A stretch of DNA of 64,000 bases, taken from Halobacteriovoraceae bacterium. GTDB lineage: Bacteria; Bdellovibrionota; Bacteriovoracia; Bacteriovoracales; Bacteriovoracaceae. Below are positions 62,184 to 64,000 of this stretch, one piece after another. The stretch lies in NCBI GenBank assembly GCA_963719505.1, contig CAVRCF010000005.1:1199643-1263642 (forward strand). Reading direction: 5' to 3'. The notes beneath the pieces were generated by a model. It saw nothing but the letters and a program-made list of their open reading frames with translations, was not told the origin of the DNA and made no database searches. A program made the translations under genes and the position numbers. Each line of letters opens with the position of its first letter. Within the stretch, counting starts at the first letter, position 1.

Positions 62184-62762
62184 TGCAGTGCTTACAAGTC
62201 TCTGATAATACGTCTCATGAAAAAGTTTTGAGTATGTCTTGGTATTTCTATACTGCCCCTTCTCAATTGCATTTTCTCGAGCAGTTCCCTCGTAAACATA
62301 ATTACATCGTTCAGGAACACCAGCAGACCTTTCATTTAGGTCAGAACATTTAATCTGAACTCTATGAAAGCCAATTTCAAATAGATGCTTTTCTAGCATT
62401 AGGACTGCCTCAGACATAAAACCTTTACCTTCAAACTTCCCTAAAATCCAATATCCGAGCTCCGCGCAATTATCACTCCACTGAATTGAATGAACTCCTA
62501 TATTACCCATATATAAATTACTGTCTCTTTGAAAGATCCCATAGTCAAATAATGTGAATGCATCCCATTTCTCATGAGTTGATCTTATGTATTTTTCTTC
62601 ATCTTCTACATTATTGATGAACTCTACCCAAGGAAGGAACCGATCTAGACGCTCTCTATCCTCTTGGACATAGTCGAACATTTTTGCTGCCAATTGAATG
62701 TCATGCTTTTTGATATAGACTCGGTCGCCAACAATTTTTTCTGATAAAATTCTTTGATCCAT
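62175..62762 (-). CDS. RimJ/RimL-type GNAT acetyltransferase
   Basis: FLPW, AELGYWI...EGKGFMSEAV, N.RSAGVPERC.Y.YEG; start taken at MDQRI. Confidence 0.88.
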   Translation of the reverse strand: MDQRILSEKIVGDRVYIKKHDIQLAAKMFDYVQEDRERLDRFLPWVEFINNVEDEEKYIRSTHEKWDAFTLFDYGIFQRDSNLYMGNIGVHSIQWSDNCAELGYWILGKFEGKGFMSEAVLMLEKHLFEIGFHRVQIKCSDLNERSAGVPERCNYVYEGTARENAIEKGQYRNTKTYSKLFHETYYQRLVSTAVR

Positions 62763-62782
62763 AAAAGTACCTTCAATTTTTG

Positions 62783-62830
62783 GTTCGAGAGTACATTTTA
62801 GCGGTGTAAATCTGTTGAGGAATTTCAAAC
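62783..62830. repeat. att-like site 4 (48 bp, more diverged)
   Basis: GTTCGAGAGTACATTTTAG-CGGT-GTAAATCTGTTGAGGAATT-TCAAAC. Confidence 0.55.
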
Positions 62831-62903
62831 TGAAACACTCATCCGAACATAACTACCACCACGTGTAGATAATCTAAAACGATAAACCTAATCGAGTTAA
62901 GAA

Positions 62904-63782
62904 CTAGTCCCTTACTCTTTTCAACAGGCTCTCATCACCAGTGGCTAAATCAGTAAATCTCACAGTGTTAGGAGAAAAAAAATTCATTTTGTACTTACTG
63001 CCGTTAAATAAAATTAGATTGCCCTTTATTTCATGAAGCTGACCTTCCTTACCAAATGAGACAACTTCTGATTCTCCACTTAGCTCATCTATCTTATTCC
63101 ACGAACCAGTCAGGACTTTAGGAATAAAGTCGAGATAGGTGTCTAATCCAACCTGCTTATAGGTACAAGAACTTCTTGAAATTGAACGAGTTATTATTTC
63201 ATCGTACTCTTCAGATCTAATATTTTCACTTGTTAATGTATATTTAGTATTAAAGGGATCGTGAGAGATATCTATCTTTTTTGACTCTTGAGTCGACTCT
63301 TCACCATCAATCGTTCTCTTAACAGTCACTACATGACCATCGATTAACTTCTTTATTATCTCAGCCTTACTTTCTCTAAAGACAGGCGTTGCCTCTCTTT
63401 CATTTATACCTCTAGACTCACTTGAGACGACGAGAGTATCATTATCAGTAAATTCTAAAGAACTTATACCAATATCAAAACCTGTGACAGTCTCAAACCC
63501 ATTAAAGAATTCGAACTGTGAGTTGTATGTAATATTTAGGCCACTATTAGAAGAGTTCTCAATGTACTTTCCAATTGTAAACGAAGTCTTTCTAGTTGTT
63601 TTACCATCCCATGTCGAAATAAAAGTGTTAACACACTCGAAATCGTAAACCCTAGACCCATCGAATGATTGTTCAAAATGATAATCCTTGTAGCTAGAAA
63701 TCTTTGTTTCAAAACCCATAAACTCTTGAGAATAGGCTTGAGCACCTAAAATTAAAACAAACAAACCAAATTGAAACTTCAT
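62904..63782 (-). CDS. Secreted hypothetical protein, beta-rich
   Basis: AAGGAG RBS; signal peptide MKFQFGLFVLILGAQAYS. Confidence 0.75.
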   Translation of the reverse strand: MKFQFGLFVLILGAQAYSQEFMGFETKISSYKDYHFEQSFDGSRVYDFECVNTFISTWDGKTTRKTSFTIGKYIENSSNSGLNITYNSQFEFFNGFETVTGFDIGISSLEFTDNDTLVVSSESRGINEREATPVFRESKAEIIKKLIDGHVVTVKRTIDGEESTQESKKIDISHDPFNTKYTLTSENIRSEEYDEIITRSISRSSCTYKQVGLDTYLDFIPKVLTGSWNKIDELSGESEVVSFGKEGQLHEIKGNLILFNGSKYKMNFFSPNTVRFTDLATGDESLLKRVRD

Positions 63783-63949
63783 AAATCTCCTTAATTCAAA
63801 CTTTAGGAAAAATTACGAAAATATTAATGTGGTGTAAACCCACTCCAAAGATCTTGTATTTTTTATACAACCTTCCCGTCAGAGGCGACGCCTGAATAGA
63901 TGACTAGACCTATTTAAAAAATTGATCAAAGTGGGTGTATAATCGTGAT

Positions 63950-64000
63950 TTTTTAACAAAAAAAAAGCCTCGTGGGTTAGACGAAGCTTTTTGATAAATA
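63950..64000. repeat. Second copy of the terminator arm, cut by the window edge
   Basis: Identical to 62103-62152 except A9 versus A8. Confidence 0.9.

Larger units (their letters stand above)
59947..64000 (-). mobile_element. Putative tRNA-anchored cassette array or island edge; no recombinase in the window
   Basis: Five co-oriented gene units separated by related att-like sites. Confidence 0.55.

Noticed and set aside
61495-62230. Complete tRNA genes at the two GCACCA ends
   Set aside because: TTCGA-to-CCA distance is 5 nt too long, and the adjoining sequence is protein coding with no cloverleaf.
60375-62830. Sites as classical integron attC
   Set aside because: Order is GTT...AAC rather than RYYYAAC...GTTRRRY, there is no long internal stem, and no intI is present.
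63810-63860. Further att-like site around TGGTGTAAACC
   Set aside because: The core resembles site 4, but both the GTTCGA and TCGAAC ends are missing.
60375-64000. Repeats as a CRISPR array
   Set aside because: Spacing is 0.6-1.1 kb and contains whole genes; no cas genes in the window.

Overview
AT-rich bacterial chromosome segment. Gene content (FHA-GGDEF cyclase, GYF-PilZ protein, vWA lipoprotein, Lys/Ala-repeat protein, sigma28-type promoters, many secreted hydrolases) suggests a predatory Bdellovibrionota, probably Bacteriovoracales-like; this is inference. About 1-24 kb is core-like: fadA/fadB, acyl-CoA dehydrogenases, pgi, mutL-miaA, a Ser/Thr kinase, c-di-GMP proteins, thiolase/crt/hbd and rpsT. 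About 24-60 kb is a patchwork of secreted enzymes and stress or detoxification genes (transglutaminase-elicitor-like and papain-like proteins, alkB, frmA/frmB, sodC, a heavily frameshifted katG, a nagK-nagA-SIS operon, pirin). The most striking structure is at about 59.9-64 kb. Five compact co-oriented gene units are separated by related ~50-bp inverted-repeat sites (GTTCGA...TGGT...TCGAAC) whose right half resembles a tRNA 3' end, and a terminator is duplicated. This looks like a tRNA-anchored cassette array that is not a classical integron. Its recombinase and anchor tRNA, if present, lie beyond the right edge. No complete rRNA, tRNA, CRISPR array or transposase was found.
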